Below, piece by piece: positions 1 through 9,252 of a DNA stretch of 64,000 nucleotides. A program made the translations under genes and the position numbers. The stretch's first letter is position 1; every line of letters begins with the position of its first letter. The stretch is from Myxococcales bacterium (GTDB lineage: Bacteria > Desulfobacterota > Binatia > HRBIN30): positions 96,001-160,000 of the forward strand of contig JBBILD010000007.1 of NCBI GenBank assembly GCA_037445065.1, written 5' to 3'. The notes below the pieces were generated by a model. It ran no database searches. It saw only the letters and a program-made list of their open reading frames with translations, and was not told the origin of the DNA.

Positions 1-2
1 TG

Positions 3-533
3 CGGGAGTTCGGCGCGCAGCAAAGCGAACAACTCGCTGCCGCCTTTGTGCGGGCCGGCACCCAGCGCAAGAACCAAGGCGAGGCCGGTGCCGACCTCGC
101 CGCCCAACGCGTCGCGTTGCGCCTCTACGAAGCCCTAGCTGCTGCTGACTCGAACAAGCCCAAGTTCCGCCTGACTCTGGCGCGTTTATACGAGAACACC
201 GGCGACCTGGTTCGCGCGCGCGCGCTGTACGAAGAGGTTCTCACTCAGGACCCCAACCTGCTCGCTGCGCTGCGCGCCCTGGCCGGAATGGCTGAAGCCA
301 AGGGTGATCTCGAAGCCGCTCGCCAGTACTGGGAGCGTTACGCACGCGCCGCACGCCCGGGCGACGCGCCGTGGTACGAAGGGGAATACCAGCTCGCCCG
401 CTTACAAAACACAGCCGGCGACCGCGGGGCCGCCTGCGCCCGCCTAGAAAAACTCAAGCCTGCCATGCCTGGGCTCAGTGACGTACAACTCCGCCAGCAA
501 CTGGATCAGCTTTACCGGCAAGCTTGCCGCTAA
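3..533 (+). CDS. Tetratricopeptide-repeat protein (5' partial, frame open to window start)
   Basis: TPR-like helices (LARLYENTGDLVRARALYEEVL; LAGMAEAKGDLEAARQYWERY); no in-frame stop upstream of position 48. Confidence 0.75.
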   Translation, partial: REFGAQQSEQLAAAFVRAGTQRKNQGEAGADLAAQRVALRLYEALAAADSNKPKFRLTLARLYENTGDLVRARALYEEVLTQDPNLLAALRALAGMAEAKGDLEAARQYWERYARAARPGDAPWYEGEYQLARLQNTAGDRGAACARLEKLKPAMPGLSDVQLRQQLDQLYRQACR

Positions 534-641
534 CCGCAATCGAAGGCTTCAATCGGCGGAATGGCAATTTTGAATTGGCCTCCGCCACCGCTGCCGCCTA
601 ATTCGAGCAGCAACATTCTCAGATTTCAGGAGGTAGATCGT

Positions 642-1181
642 ATGCTGACCGTTGGTGATCGCTTTCCCTCGTTTCGGCTCAAAGCAGTCGTCAGTCGCGA
701 GCCGGGCCGTGAATTTCAAGAACTCAGCGATGCGGATTTCGCCGGCAAGTGGCTGGTCGTGTTCTTCTGGCCCATGGACTTCACCTTCGTGTGCCCTACC
801 GAGATCGCGGAATTCGGCCACCGCGAAGCGGAGTTCCGGGCTCGCAATGCGCAAGTGCTCGGTGCGTCCACCGACACCCACTACGTCCACCTCGCCTGGC
901 GCAACCAGCACCCGGAACTGCGCGACCTGCCCTTCCCGATGCTGGCCGACACCAAGCGCGAACTCTCGGCCGCTCTCGGCATTCTGCACCCGCAAGAAGG
1001 CGTGGCGCTGCGCGCCACCTTCGTGGTCGACCCAGAGCGCGTCATCCGCTTCGTGAGCGTGAATGACCTGTCCACGGGGCGGAACGTGGATGAGGTCCTG
1101 CGCGTGCTCGCCGCATTGCAGACCGACGAACTGACTCCGTGCAATTGGAAGCCCGGGGAGCCCACCCTGCGAGCGGCTTGA
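642..1181 (+). CDS. ahpC: Peroxiredoxin, AhpC/TSA family
   Basis: FFWPMDFTFVCPTE peroxidatic motif, GRNVDEVLRVL, C-terminal ELTPCNW; AGGAGGT RBS before ATG 642. Confidence 0.93.
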   Translation: MLTVGDRFPSFRLKAVVSREPGREFQELSDADFAGKWLVVFFWPMDFTFVCPTEIAEFGHREAEFRARNAQVLGASTDTHYVHLAWRNQHPELRDLPFPMLADTKRELSAALGILHPQEGVALRATFVVDPERVIRFVSVNDLSTGRNVDEVLRVLAALQTDELTPCNWKPGEPTLRAA

Positions 1182-1200
1182 GGCTCGTTTCACATCCGCC

Positions 1201-1237
1201 AGCGGGAGCCGACTTTCCCCCGGCTCCCGCTGTCTTC
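1201..1237 (+). terminator. Hairpin, possible intrinsic terminator after ahpC
   Basis: Perfect 11-bp stem AGCGGGAGCCG/CGGCTCCCGCT; weak U-tract. Confidence 0.45.
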
Positions 1238-1307
1238 CAAGCAGAAATCCACGCCTTCCGATTGATGCGCGCCGTTCGGTTGTTACTCTGCGCGCCGGAG
1301 GTGCGGC

Positions 1308-2036
1308 ATGAAAGAGACCCTTTCCCAACCAACCACAGCCCCCCGGCAGTGGCACCGGCGGCAAGTGTTGCAAGCGGGTAGCGCGCTGGCAGTGACCCTT
1401 TTGGTTCGCCGGCTCGGCGCGGAAGCGGCTGGACCAATTTCTCTCCCGCCCCTTCCGTGGCCGGAGAAGGCCCTCGAGCCGGTAATTTCCGCGCGGACGA
1501 TTTCCTTTCACTACGGCAAGCACCACCGGGCTTACGTGGACAACACCAACAAGCTCGTCGCCGGTACGGAGTACGCCGACCTGCCGCTCGAGGAGATCGT
1601 GCGGCGCAGCGCCACGCAACCTGGCAAAGGGGCTTTGTTCAACAACGCTGCCCAAGTGTGGAACCACACGTTTTACTGGCACAGCTTGCGGCCCAAGGGG
1701 AGCGGCAAGCCGAGCGGGAAAATCCGCGAGTGGATTGACCGCGATTTTGGCGGCTTCGAGTCGTTTCGCGAAAAGTTTGCGGCGGCCGCCACCGGCCAAT
1801 TCGGCAGTGGCTGGGCGTGGCTCGTGGCAGCCGACAAACGCCTCGAGATCGTAGCCACGGGCAACGCCGACACCCCACTTACAGCAGCCGGGAAAACCCC
1901 GCTACTGACCATTGATGTGTGGGAGCACGCCTATTACCTCGACTACCAAAACCGCCGCGCCGATTACGTCCACGCGGTGATCGACCGACTCCTCAACTGG
2001 GAGTTTGCCGAGCAAAACTTGGCCAAAGCGGGGTGA
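1308..2036 (+). CDS. sodB: Fe/Mn superoxide dismutase (Fe-type signature) with Tat signal peptide
   Basis: [35 protein letters not shown]-terminal RRQVL + hydrophobic stretch + AEA. Confidence 0.92.
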   Translation: MKETLSQPTTAPRQWHRRQVLQAGSALAVTLLVRRLGAEAAGPISLPPLPWPEKALEPVISARTISFHYGKHHRAYVDNTNKLVAGTEYADLPLEEIVRRSATQPGKGALFNNAAQVWNHTFYWHSLRPKGSGKPSGKIREWIDRDFGGFESFREKFAAAATGQFGSGWAWLVAADKRLEIVATGNADTPLTAAGKTPLLTIDVWEHAYYLDYQNRRADYVHAVIDRLLNWEFAEQNLAKAG

Positions 2037-2043
2037 GACTGGG

Positions 2044-3546
2044 TCAGCGCGTGGCGCTGCGCCAGCGGGCCTCGACTCGTTTCACGCGATCACCACGGCG
2101 CACCACCCAGGCGACCGTGTCGGGTTGCGGGAACTCGGGGCCCCACAGGACGGTGTCGAACGAATACACGCTGTCACCATCCACAACCGCAACGACCTTT
2201 TGCTTGTGACGGGCCTCCCAGGCCAAGTGCCGGCCGTCGGGTGAAAAACGCGGCCGCCAAGCTTCATCGTAGGCAAGGGGAAACGCTAGCCCGTCCATCA
2301 AGTAACTCCACTTGCCGCGCGGCTCTCGCGCAGCGGCGAACGCTACGCGTTCGCCGGCCGGATCGAACGCAACGCCCCAAACACTGTAAAATGGACCCCA
2401 GCGTTTCCCATCGACAACGAAATCCGCCGGTACGTCGGGACTCACCGGCAGCCCGCGGTAACAAGGGTAGGCCAGGTGCTGCCCGTCATCGGACAACATC
2501 GGCGGCATAAATTCCCAGTAGTGCTCGCAGATCGTGTTCTCGGGCTTGCCGTCTCGGTTCAGCCGCCACTTCGACTCCTCGCCCGGAACCTTTTCCCACC
2601 ACGCCACCACCGGTGCGGAATCGGCTCCGTTCAGCGAATTCACCAGGATGGTGGGCGAGGTACGGAATTGATCGAAGCCAAATGACACTTGCCCGCCGAG
2701 GCTCAGCACGTGCGAGAACGACGCCAGTCGGGTATCGTTCCGATACAGGGCCCAGCCATCCCGATCGTAAGCGAGCGTAACCAGACTCCCGTCTGTGAGA
2801 TAAAGAAGCTTGAACTGGCCGAGCCCCGGCGCCCGCTCGCTCATGCGCAGCGGCGGTGAGGCTTTGTCAGTGGGCGGCCGTTCGAAGACACGCCGCTCCT
2901 TCCCGTTGACAACGAGCACATGCGAGCCGTCCGCGCGCTCAGCGACAAACGCGACCTCCTGGCCATCGGATCGGATCGCCGGTACGGAGACATCCTCGTA
3001 CACACCGAGCAGCTCTCCGTTCGAGTACACAGCAGCCTTGCCCGCGCTGCCCGGCCCTGCCACCTCGCGCGCGAAATTGCCGGCCGTCGCCCAACGGGTG
3101 CCGTTGCGGCTGATGACGAACGGATTGGGTTGTCGAAAACCCGTGCGGGTTTCCTGCCCATTGTCCACCAAAAGCAGATCCTCTTCGCCCAGCTTACGGT
3201 CGATCGCCCAGTACAAGCGCCGTTGCGTTTCGCGCAGCAATACCGGATGAGAGACTTCCTCGTACTCGCGATCTGCGCCGGCGCTGTGGACCACGCGTTC
3301 CCCTGCTGTGGTGCGCTCCACGTATGCGTACGTCACTCCGTCCGACCCGATCGCCAACGTCTGCCGCCGCGCTGTCTCCGGCAAGCGCACCAGCGTGCGC
3401 GCAGAAACTTCGACTCTCCGCGGCGGCACCTCCGCTTGCCGCTGGCATGCAGCAAGGCAAACGAGCGCGAGTGCCCCGCACCAGCTTGCGGTTAGCGTGC
3501 GGCCAAAGCGGGAGCGCCACCGGCGCCCTGCGGCATCGCCGATCAT
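2044..3546 (-). CDS. Putative lipoprotein with TolB/WD40-like beta-propeller repeats
   Basis: LAAC lipobox; repeats such as PRFSPDGRHLAW, FDPAGERVAFAA, LSDDGQHLAY; ATG overlaps the stop of the upstream gene. Confidence 0.65.
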   Translation of the reverse strand: MIGDAAGRRWRSRFGRTLTASWCGALALVCLAACQRQAEVPPRRVEVSARTLVRLPETARRQTLAIGSDGVTYAYVERTTAGERVVHSAGADREYEEVSHPVLLRETQRRLYWAIDRKLGEEDLLLVDNGQETRTGFRQPNPFVISRNGTRWATAGNFAREVAGPGSAGKAAVYSNGELLGVYEDVSVPAIRSDGQEVAFVAERADGSHVLVVNGKERRVFERPPTDKASPPLRMSERAPGLGQFKLLYLTDGSLVTLAYDRDGWALYRNDTRLASFSHVLSLGGQVSFGFDQFRTSPTILVNSLNGADSAPVVAWWEKVPGEESKWRLNRDGKPENTICEHYWEFMPPMLSDDGQHLAYPCYRGLPVSPDVPADFVVDGKRWGPFYSVWGVAFDPAGERVAFAAAREPRGKWSYLMDGLAFPLAYDEAWRPRFSPDGRHLAWEARHKQKVVAVVDGDSVYSFDTVLWGPEFPQPDTVAWVVRRGDRVKRVEARWRSATR

Positions 3547-4040
3547 TCCGGCGTGTAGCGGATGACCACGCGGCTGCCGTCCGCAAAGCCTTGCCGGAAC
3601 CGCTGCTCGTGCTGGCTCCACCGATCCGGATACTTCTTGGCGAACACCTCGAGGATCCGCTGCTCCGCTTCTTTGCTTTTCACGATCTCCCCGCGGGCAA
3701 ACAACACCGGCCCGTCCGGTTTGCCGACGGCGATACGCGCCCGCGGTCTTCCCCACCGGATACGCTTGGCGCGCCAGGAACTGGCTGGGGTACCCAAGTA
3801 CACGGCCCCATCATGAAACAGAAACCAGATTTCTGCAGCTCGGCTCCAACTTCCGTCCTTGCGCTGGCTCGATATGTACACGTATTTGGCTTGTTCCAAC
3901 GCGTCGCGAACCTCCGGTGAGAGTTCCGCTCGGCTTCCCTGCGGCCACCACAACAAGCTCCCCGCTGCCAAGATCAACATGCGGATCGCCAGCCTGCGAA
4001 CTCGCTCCGCCCTACTTGCAGCGGACTTTCTGCTGCTCAT
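3543..4040 (-). CDS. Pyridoxamine-5'-phosphate-oxidase-like (split-barrel, FMN/F420-binding) protein with signal peptide
   Basis: YISSQRKDGSWSRAAEIWF...YLGTPASSWRAKRIR...KKY pattern of PPOX-class proteins; N-terminal signal ending SRA. Confidence 0.65.
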   Translation of the reverse strand: MSSRKSAASRAERVRRLAIRMLILAAGSLLWWPQGSRAELSPEVRDALEQAKYVYISSQRKDGSWSRAAEIWFLFHDGAVYLGTPASSWRAKRIRWGRPRARIAVGKPDGPVLFARGEIVKSKEAEQRILEVFAKKYPDRWSQHEQRFRQGFADGSRVVIRYTPE

Positions 4041-4900
4041 GCGCCCTCCCCTCCGGAAGAGTTGCTTGCACTCGCCCAGCGCTCACGCGCAAGCCTCTCC
4101 CGATACGCGCGGCTGAGCGGCAGCACGTTCACCGTGCCAGTGATGTCGTTGAGGTCAATGTACACCTCTGTGCGGTACACCTCGGTAATGGCACGGTAGG
4201 TGAGCACGTCGCCCGGTGGTCCAGCGCAATACACGGCGCCCTCGTCCAGAAGCACCACCCGGTCGCAATACTGCGCAGCGAGGTTCAAGTCGTGCAACAC
4301 CGTGAGCACGCTTTTGCCCTCGCCCAGCAGCTCTCGTAACAGGTCGTACATCTCGACCACGTGTCGCAGGTCGAGAAACGCTGCCGGTTCGTCCAACAGT
4401 AGTATGGGAGTGTCTTGAGCAAGCGCTCTGGCCAGCATCACCCGCTGGCGTTCGCCCCCACTCAGCTCCTGGATGGTGCGGTGCGCGAGGTGTGCCACAC
4501 CCGTCCGCTCCATCGCCGCTCGGGCACGAGCCAGGTCTTCGGCATCCTCGAAGGAAAACCCGGCGAGGTACGGCGAACGGCCCATCAGAACCACTTCCAA
4601 CACAGAGAACGGGAACTCCACGTGGGTGTCCTGCGGAACGACAGCGATCGAACGGGCAATCTCGCGCGGCGAAAGTTCGTGTAGGCAGCGGCCGTATAGC
4701 AGCACCTCGCCCGCCCGGGGCCGCACCACGCCGCTCAGGACGCGGAGCAAGGTAGATTTGCCGGACCCGTTCGGACCGATGAGACCGACGAGCTCGCCCG
4801 CACCCAGCGCAAGGGATACGCCTCGCAATACGAGTTGGGATGGCCGGTATCCGAACTCGATTTCCCGAGCCTCGAGCGGGAAGCGCTGAGCTACGAGCAT
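4037..4900 (-). CDS. btuD: Cobalamin/Fe-chelate ABC transporter ATP-binding subunit
   Basis: GPNGSGKST, LSGGERQRV, LLDEP, LHDLNLAAQYCD; lies in the riboswitch-controlled locus. Confidence 0.85.
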   Translation of the reverse strand: MLVAQRFPLEAREIEFGYRPSQLVLRGVSLALGAGELVGLIGPNGSGKSTLLRVLSGVVRPRAGEVLLYGRCLHELSPREIARSIAVVPQDTHVEFPFSVLEVVLMGRSPYLAGFSFEDAEDLARARAAMERTGVAHLAHRTIQELSGGERQRVMLARALAQDTPILLLDEPAAFLDLRHVVEMYDLLRELLGEGKSVLTVLHDLNLAAQYCDRVVLLDEGAVYCAGPPGDVLTYRAITEVYRTEVYIDLNDITGTVNVLPLSRAYRERLARERWASASNSSGGEGA

Positions 4901-4911
4901 CGTGCCACTTT

Positions 4912-4957
4912 TTAAAAGCAAAAGCGGCGGCAGGCCAGGGTTAGCCGCCGCCGCTTT
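4912..4957 (-). terminator. Intrinsic terminator
   Basis: Minus strand AAAGCGGCGGC-loop-GCCGCCGCTTT followed by TGCTTTT. Confidence 0.65.
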
Positions 4958-4984
4958 CGGCGCGAGTTTGTCCCTGCGCGCCAG

Positions 4985-5884
4985 TTACGGGCGGAGTAAG
5001 AAGCTGATCGAGCCGCCGATACCCCAATCCGCCGTCTCGTCCGTGATCCCGAAACTCCCCGTCGGCCGCAACACGATTTCGTAACCGTTTTGCGGAAGGC
5101 GGACGTCAATCCCAGGTTGCCAGGCCAATACGTCAGGGTTGTCCCCAACGGTGTGGACAGTTCCGCCATTGATTTCCGAACGGAACCCGACTTGATCGGT
5201 CCAGCGATAGTAAATGCCTCCCCCGTACACCGTGACTTCCCGCGAACTCGAAGTGTGCGAGGCCACGAACGTGTATCCCCCGTGGGCACGAACCTCGAAC
5301 GGCCCGTAGTGCAGCCCAACCATTCCATACGGAGTGAAGTTGAACTTGCCGGTTCCAGGTTGCAGCGCATTCATGGGCAATACCGACAGGGCCTTCACGT
5401 TGCCCGGCAACAAGGTGGTCTCGGCAGTGGTGAGCCCTCCTTCGGTGGATCCGGTCGGGAATCCCACTGTCACACCCGCACCCGCATCGAAATACTCGCT
5501 GCGCAACGGCACCGCTTTCACAAAAGCGCGCAGATCACCGGGGCCTTCTCCGCCCGCGGTTCGGACGTTCCCGCCAACCCTTTGCTCCACTTCGAGATGC
5601 CGCCAGAACGGGAAGATCAAGCCGGCCTCGAGCAGGTCCATCCCGTAACTCAAGCGCAGCCCACCCGTGTCCGCAGAGGTGGTCGTCTTATTCCCAAGGT
5701 TGTCCTTGACCACATCCTGCGCAAACGTGGCCAGGGGCTCGATCCAAAAGCCTTCGGTGACCGCGGTGTCTGCCTCGAAGCGATCCAGGCTCCGCGTCGG
5801 CGGCGCTTTCTCCTGACTCCACGCCGGGAAAGCGCTCAGTACCAACCCGAGGCAACTCGCAACCACTAGCCCTCGTCGCAGCAT
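4985..5884 (-). CDS. Secreted, probable outer-membrane beta-barrel protein
   Basis: GGAGGAG RBS; signal peptide ending AWS; amphipathic strands; GPGDLRAFVK...FPTG and C-terminal DWGIGGSISF. Confidence 0.6.
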   Translation of the reverse strand: MLRRGLVVASCLGLVLSAFPAWSQEKAPPTRSLDRFEADTAVTEGFWIEPLATFAQDVVKDNLGNKTTTSADTGGLRLSYGMDLLEAGLIFPFWRHLEVEQRVGGNVRTAGGEGPGDLRAFVKAVPLRSEYFDAGAGVTVGFPTGSTEGGLTTAETTLLPGNVKALSVLPMNALQPGTGKFNFTPYGMVGLHYGPFEVRAHGGYTFVASHTSSSREVTVYGGGIYYRWTDQVGFRSEINGGTVHTVGDNPDVLAWQPGIDVRLPQNGYEIVLRPTGSFGITDETADWGIGGSISFLLRP

Positions 5885-6031
5885 AACTCCTCCTCCTTTC
5901 TCCACCCGACCACGCTACTGATGTGGCAAGCTGCCTCCCTGTTCCACAACCGCAACCTCACTGTCAAGCAACACAGCCTCTCCCCGAGCACGCAGCCGGC
6001 ACCCCTGGTTGGTCAGCAGGGCGCTGCCCGT

Positions 6032-7084
6032 TTAGCCGTAGACGCGCCTTTGCTCCCGCCTCAACAAGTACACGAAGAACGGCGCCCCGCTAAGAGCGGT
6101 GACCACACCGACCGGCAGCTCGACGGGCGCGAACAACGTACGGGCCAGCGTATCAGCTACCAGCAAGAAGATCGCCCCGCCGACGAACGAACTCGGAAGC
6201 AACAAGCGATAATCGGCGCCGAACAGCAGGCGCAAGGTGTGGGGAACGATCAGCCCTACGAAACCAATCATGCCGCTCACGGCCACGACCACACCGACCA
6301 ACAACGAGGCCCCCAGGAAGACCGCGGTGCGCACCCGATGGACGGCCACGCCTAACTGCCGCGCGGAGGTCTCTCCCAAACTGAGCACGTTCAACGGCCG
6401 CGCAAAGCGAAACAGCCAAACCGCGGCAACCACCGTGTACACGTTCACAACGGCCACGGTGCGGTAGCCGTATGCAGCCACGCTGCCCATCAGCCACGAA
6501 AGCAAGCCGTGGGCTTGGTAAAAGTCCACCAGCGCGTTCACGCACAAAATCAGGGCCCCAGCAAAGGCGTTGTACACCACGCCGGCCAGCAGCAGCACGT
6601 GTGGCTGCAGGCGCCCGTGCACCAGGGACAAGCGGTACAGCACCGCAACCGAAATCAGGGCACCCAGCGCCGCCGCTACCGGCAGAAGCTCTGGCGAGCC
6701 GAACACTCGCCCGCCGGACACCACCACTGCGGCCACGGCGCCAAGTGCTGCTCCTCCCGACACTCCGATCAAGTGCGGCTCGGCGAGGGGGTTGCGCAGC
6801 AAACCCTGCAACGCCGCCCCTGCGAGGCCCAAACCTGCACCGACGGCACTGGCGAGCAGCGCGCGTGGCAGGCGAGTCTCGAACAAGATCAGATGATGGA
6901 CATTGCCAGCACCACCGGCCCATGCCTCGCGCCAATCAAGTCGCACGTTCCCTGCAACGAGGGCAAGGAGGAAGGAGCCAAACCAAAGCAGCATCAAGAA
7001 AGAGAGGACCGTCACAAAACGGCTCTTGGTCAAGTAGCGAGCGTCTCCGAACTCGCCCGCGTTACCCGTGTTCGGCTGGCTCAT
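6032..7084 (-). CDS. btuC: Cobalamin/Fe-chelate ABC permease, FecCD/BtuC family
   Basis: RLPRALLA, LRNPLAEPHLIGVSGGA, GMIGFVGLIVPH, ELPVGVVTALSGAPFF. Confidence 0.9.
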   Translation of the reverse strand: MSQPNTGNAGEFGDARYLTKSRFVTVLSFLMLLWFGSFLLALVAGNVRLDWREAWAGGAGNVHHLILFETRLPRALLASAVGAGLGLAGAALQGLLRNPLAEPHLIGVSGGAALGAVAAVVVSGGRVFGSPELLPVAAALGALISVAVLYRLSLVHGRLQPHVLLLAGVVYNAFAGALILCVNALVDFYQAHGLLSWLMGSVAAYGYRTVAVVNVYTVVAAVWLFRFARPLNVLSLGETSARQLGVAVHRVRTAVFLGASLLVGVVVAVSGMIGFVGLIVPHTLRLLFGADYRLLLPSSFVGGAIFLLVADTLARTLFAPVELPVGVVTALSGAPFFVYLLRREQRRVYG

Positions 7085-7091
7085 CCACGCC

Positions 7092-7961
7092 TCACGGAAC
7101 GAGAGGAACGCGCTGCGGGTGCAACCAGCGCGCCAGCATTTCCACAGCTTCCGGAACCCGGGGCCCCGCCCGCAACAGGCGCGAATCTGCGCCGACAAAC
7201 ACACGCCCGCTGCGCACCGCACGCAAATCCGCAAAGCGCGACCAAAACGTCCCGTTGTCTGCTTCCTCGCTACCCATACTCGCGTCCACAATGACTTCCG
7301 GGTCTTGCGCCAAGAGGTACTCCAAATCCACCCGCGGCCAGCCGTGCCCCGCCATGGCTCCCACGTTCTTGCCACCGGCCAGCCGAATCATCTCGTCTTG
7401 CAGCGTTCCTGCCCCTGCAACAATCAGTGGATTGCGCCCCACAAGAAAGAACACCGAAGGTGAGCGGTCCGGCGTGACTCGTTCCCGCACGGCCGCGATA
7501 CGCTGCTCGAACGCACGCGCCAGCTCCTCGCCCTTGGTGGTTTGCTCGAGAAGCCGGGAGACCTCGAGGATGGCGTCGCGCGCCTCGCCTACGCTGCTCG
7601 CCTGGATCACCACCACTCGCAAACCCATATGCATCAGCGCCTCCACCGCACGGCGGTTCCCGGGGCTCGGCGAGGCCAGTACCAAGTCCGGCTGCTTGGC
7701 AAGCACCAACTCCACGGTTGGCACGAGAAACGTGCCCACCCGAGCAATGGCACGGGCTGCGGGCGGTTCGTCGCACTGCATGGTTACTCCTACCAGGCGA
7801 TCGCCGGCACCGAGCGCAAAGACGATCTCGGTGAGTTCCGGCGATAGAGAGACGATCCGCCGCGGCGCCTCCGCCCCACTCCAACACGGGTAGGAAAGCC
7901 AGCACAGCGCAAGCAGGAACCCCTTCCTCGCAAGACGAGAACCGTGGGGCTGCAGCCTCAT
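7092..7961 (-). CDS. btuF: Cobalamin-binding periplasmic protein (helical-backbone family)
   Basis: RIVSLSPELTEIVFALGAGDRLVGVT, ELVLAKQPDLV, LLRAGPR. Confidence 0.87.
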   Translation of the reverse strand: MRLQPHGSRLARKGFLLALCWLSYPCWSGAEAPRRIVSLSPELTEIVFALGAGDRLVGVTMQCDEPPAARAIARVGTFLVPTVELVLAKQPDLVLASPSPGNRRAVEALMHMGLRVVVIQASSVGEARDAILEVSRLLEQTTKGEELARAFEQRIAAVRERVTPDRSPSVFFLVGRNPLIVAGAGTLQDEMIRLAGGKNVGAMAGHGWPRVDLEYLLAQDPEVIVDASMGSEEADNGTFWSRFADLRAVRSGRVFVGADSRLLRAGPRVPEAVEMLARWLHPQRVPLVP

Positions 7962-9235
7962 TCCAAAAACACCAAATCGAACGGTGGAAGGCCGGTGGGG
8001 AGCGGACCCGGGGTGAGTTCCACCCCATCCGCAGCACGCAGCACGCGCACGCCAGGGTTGTGAATGTTGCGCTCCACCACGAACAACTGCCCGCGAGTGT
8101 CCAGTTCGATATCGGACAAACCGTCTTGCCGCAGCACCGTCCGTAGCTTTTGCCCCGTGCGCGGGTCGAAGGCCATCAGGGCGGTAGAAAAGTTCGGCAG
8201 CGACACGATCGCGTACGCGAGCGATTCGGACACCAAGACGATGTCCGTGATGTCCCCGCCGAGCGCGTCTTCTCGCACCACCCAGCCGAGGGAGTCGAAC
8301 GAGTCGAGGTCAATGGCCTCGACGCCGCCATCGTTCACGCCGAATTGCCCGACTTCGACGACGTACATGCGGTTGCCGCGGGTGAGCAGGCCTTGAGTCA
8401 TGCCGAATGGGTTCGCGCTCATGAGCTGGAGCGCGCCCACAACCGTGTCGGTGGCGGGATCGATGCGCAGCAACAGGCCTGGCTGCACGGGCGTGAAGTT
8501 CTCCAGGCGCTGCAAGGCCACGTACAGGAACCCTCCGACCACGGTGCTTTGGCTTGCCTCGGGACTGCCGTCCCGGTCCGCGTAGGCGCGCAAGTCAATT
8601 TCCTGTTGGATAAAGTCCGCGCAGTCGGGCCGCGGGCGCAGCCCGACCCGCAACAGATATGGCCGCGCCAATAGGGTCACGTAACCGGTGCGGCCGTCCC
8701 TGAAGGCCAAGTCTTGCGGGTTGGAGCCGTTGCCGGTGGAGCACTGTGCCACGGTGGCAAAGTCTCGATCGGCGTCCAGGATCTGCACGTTGTCGGCGCC
8801 AAAGCGATTGATCACGAACACCCGCCGACCGAACACGCGGGCCACCGGATCCGCCCCCAAGCGCCGCTGCGGGCGACTCGGATCCACGCGGAACGGTGCC
8901 GTGGTCGCGATCGTCGCAAAGCTGCCGGTTTGAAAATCGGTCGTGGTGACGAAAGCGAGAGCGAGTGGCGGCGGCGCTTCGAGTGCGCGCAGCACCGCCT
9001 GAACGAGCTCATCTACGGTCACTGCGCCATCCTCGTTCGCATCGAGTTCCGGGCAGGCACGGACCTCCGCTTCTCCCAAGCCAATGCGCACGCCGAGAAC
9101 CAGTTCGTCAACGGTCACCACCCCGTCGCCGTTACAGTCGCCCAGTTCATCCACCGTGGCCGCCAGCGGGGTTGCAATCGCAATCCCGCTAGCCAAGGCA
9201 GCGGCGAGCACAACCAGACAGATCGCTCGTTTCAT
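7958..9235 (-). CDS. Secreted protein: dockerin-like domain + YncE/BtuG-like beta-propeller
   Basis: Signal peptide; GDCNGDGVVTVDELV...CPELDANEDGAVTVDELV; propeller blades VFVINRFGADNVQILD, GNGSNPQDLAF, LYVALQRL; lies between btuB and btuF. Confidence 0.65.
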   Translation of the reverse strand: MKRAICLVVLAAALASGIAIATPLAATVDELGDCNGDGVVTVDELVLGVRIGLGEAEVRACPELDANEDGAVTVDELVQAVLRALEAPPPLALAFVTTTDFQTGSFATIATTAPFRVDPSRPQRRLGADPVARVFGRRVFVINRFGADNVQILDADRDFATVAQCSTGNGSNPQDLAFRDGRTGYVTLLARPYLLRVGLRPRPDCADFIQQEIDLRAYADRDGSPEASQSTVVGGFLYVALQRLENFTPVQPGLLLRIDPATDTVVGALQLMSANPFGMTQGLLTRGNRMYVVEVGQFGVNDGGVEAIDLDSFDSLGWVVREDALGGDITDIVLVSESLAYAIVSLPNFSTALMAFDPRTGQKLRTVLRQDGLSDIELDTRGQLFVVERNIHNPGVRVLRAADGVELTPGPLPTGLPPFDLVFLE

Positions 9236-9252
9236 CAGTCCTCCGCGTTTCC

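Noticed and set aside
548..574. TTCAA...TTGAA inverted repeat upstream of ahpC as an OxyR/PerR site
   Set aside because: Only 5-bp arms and no convincing match to a known box
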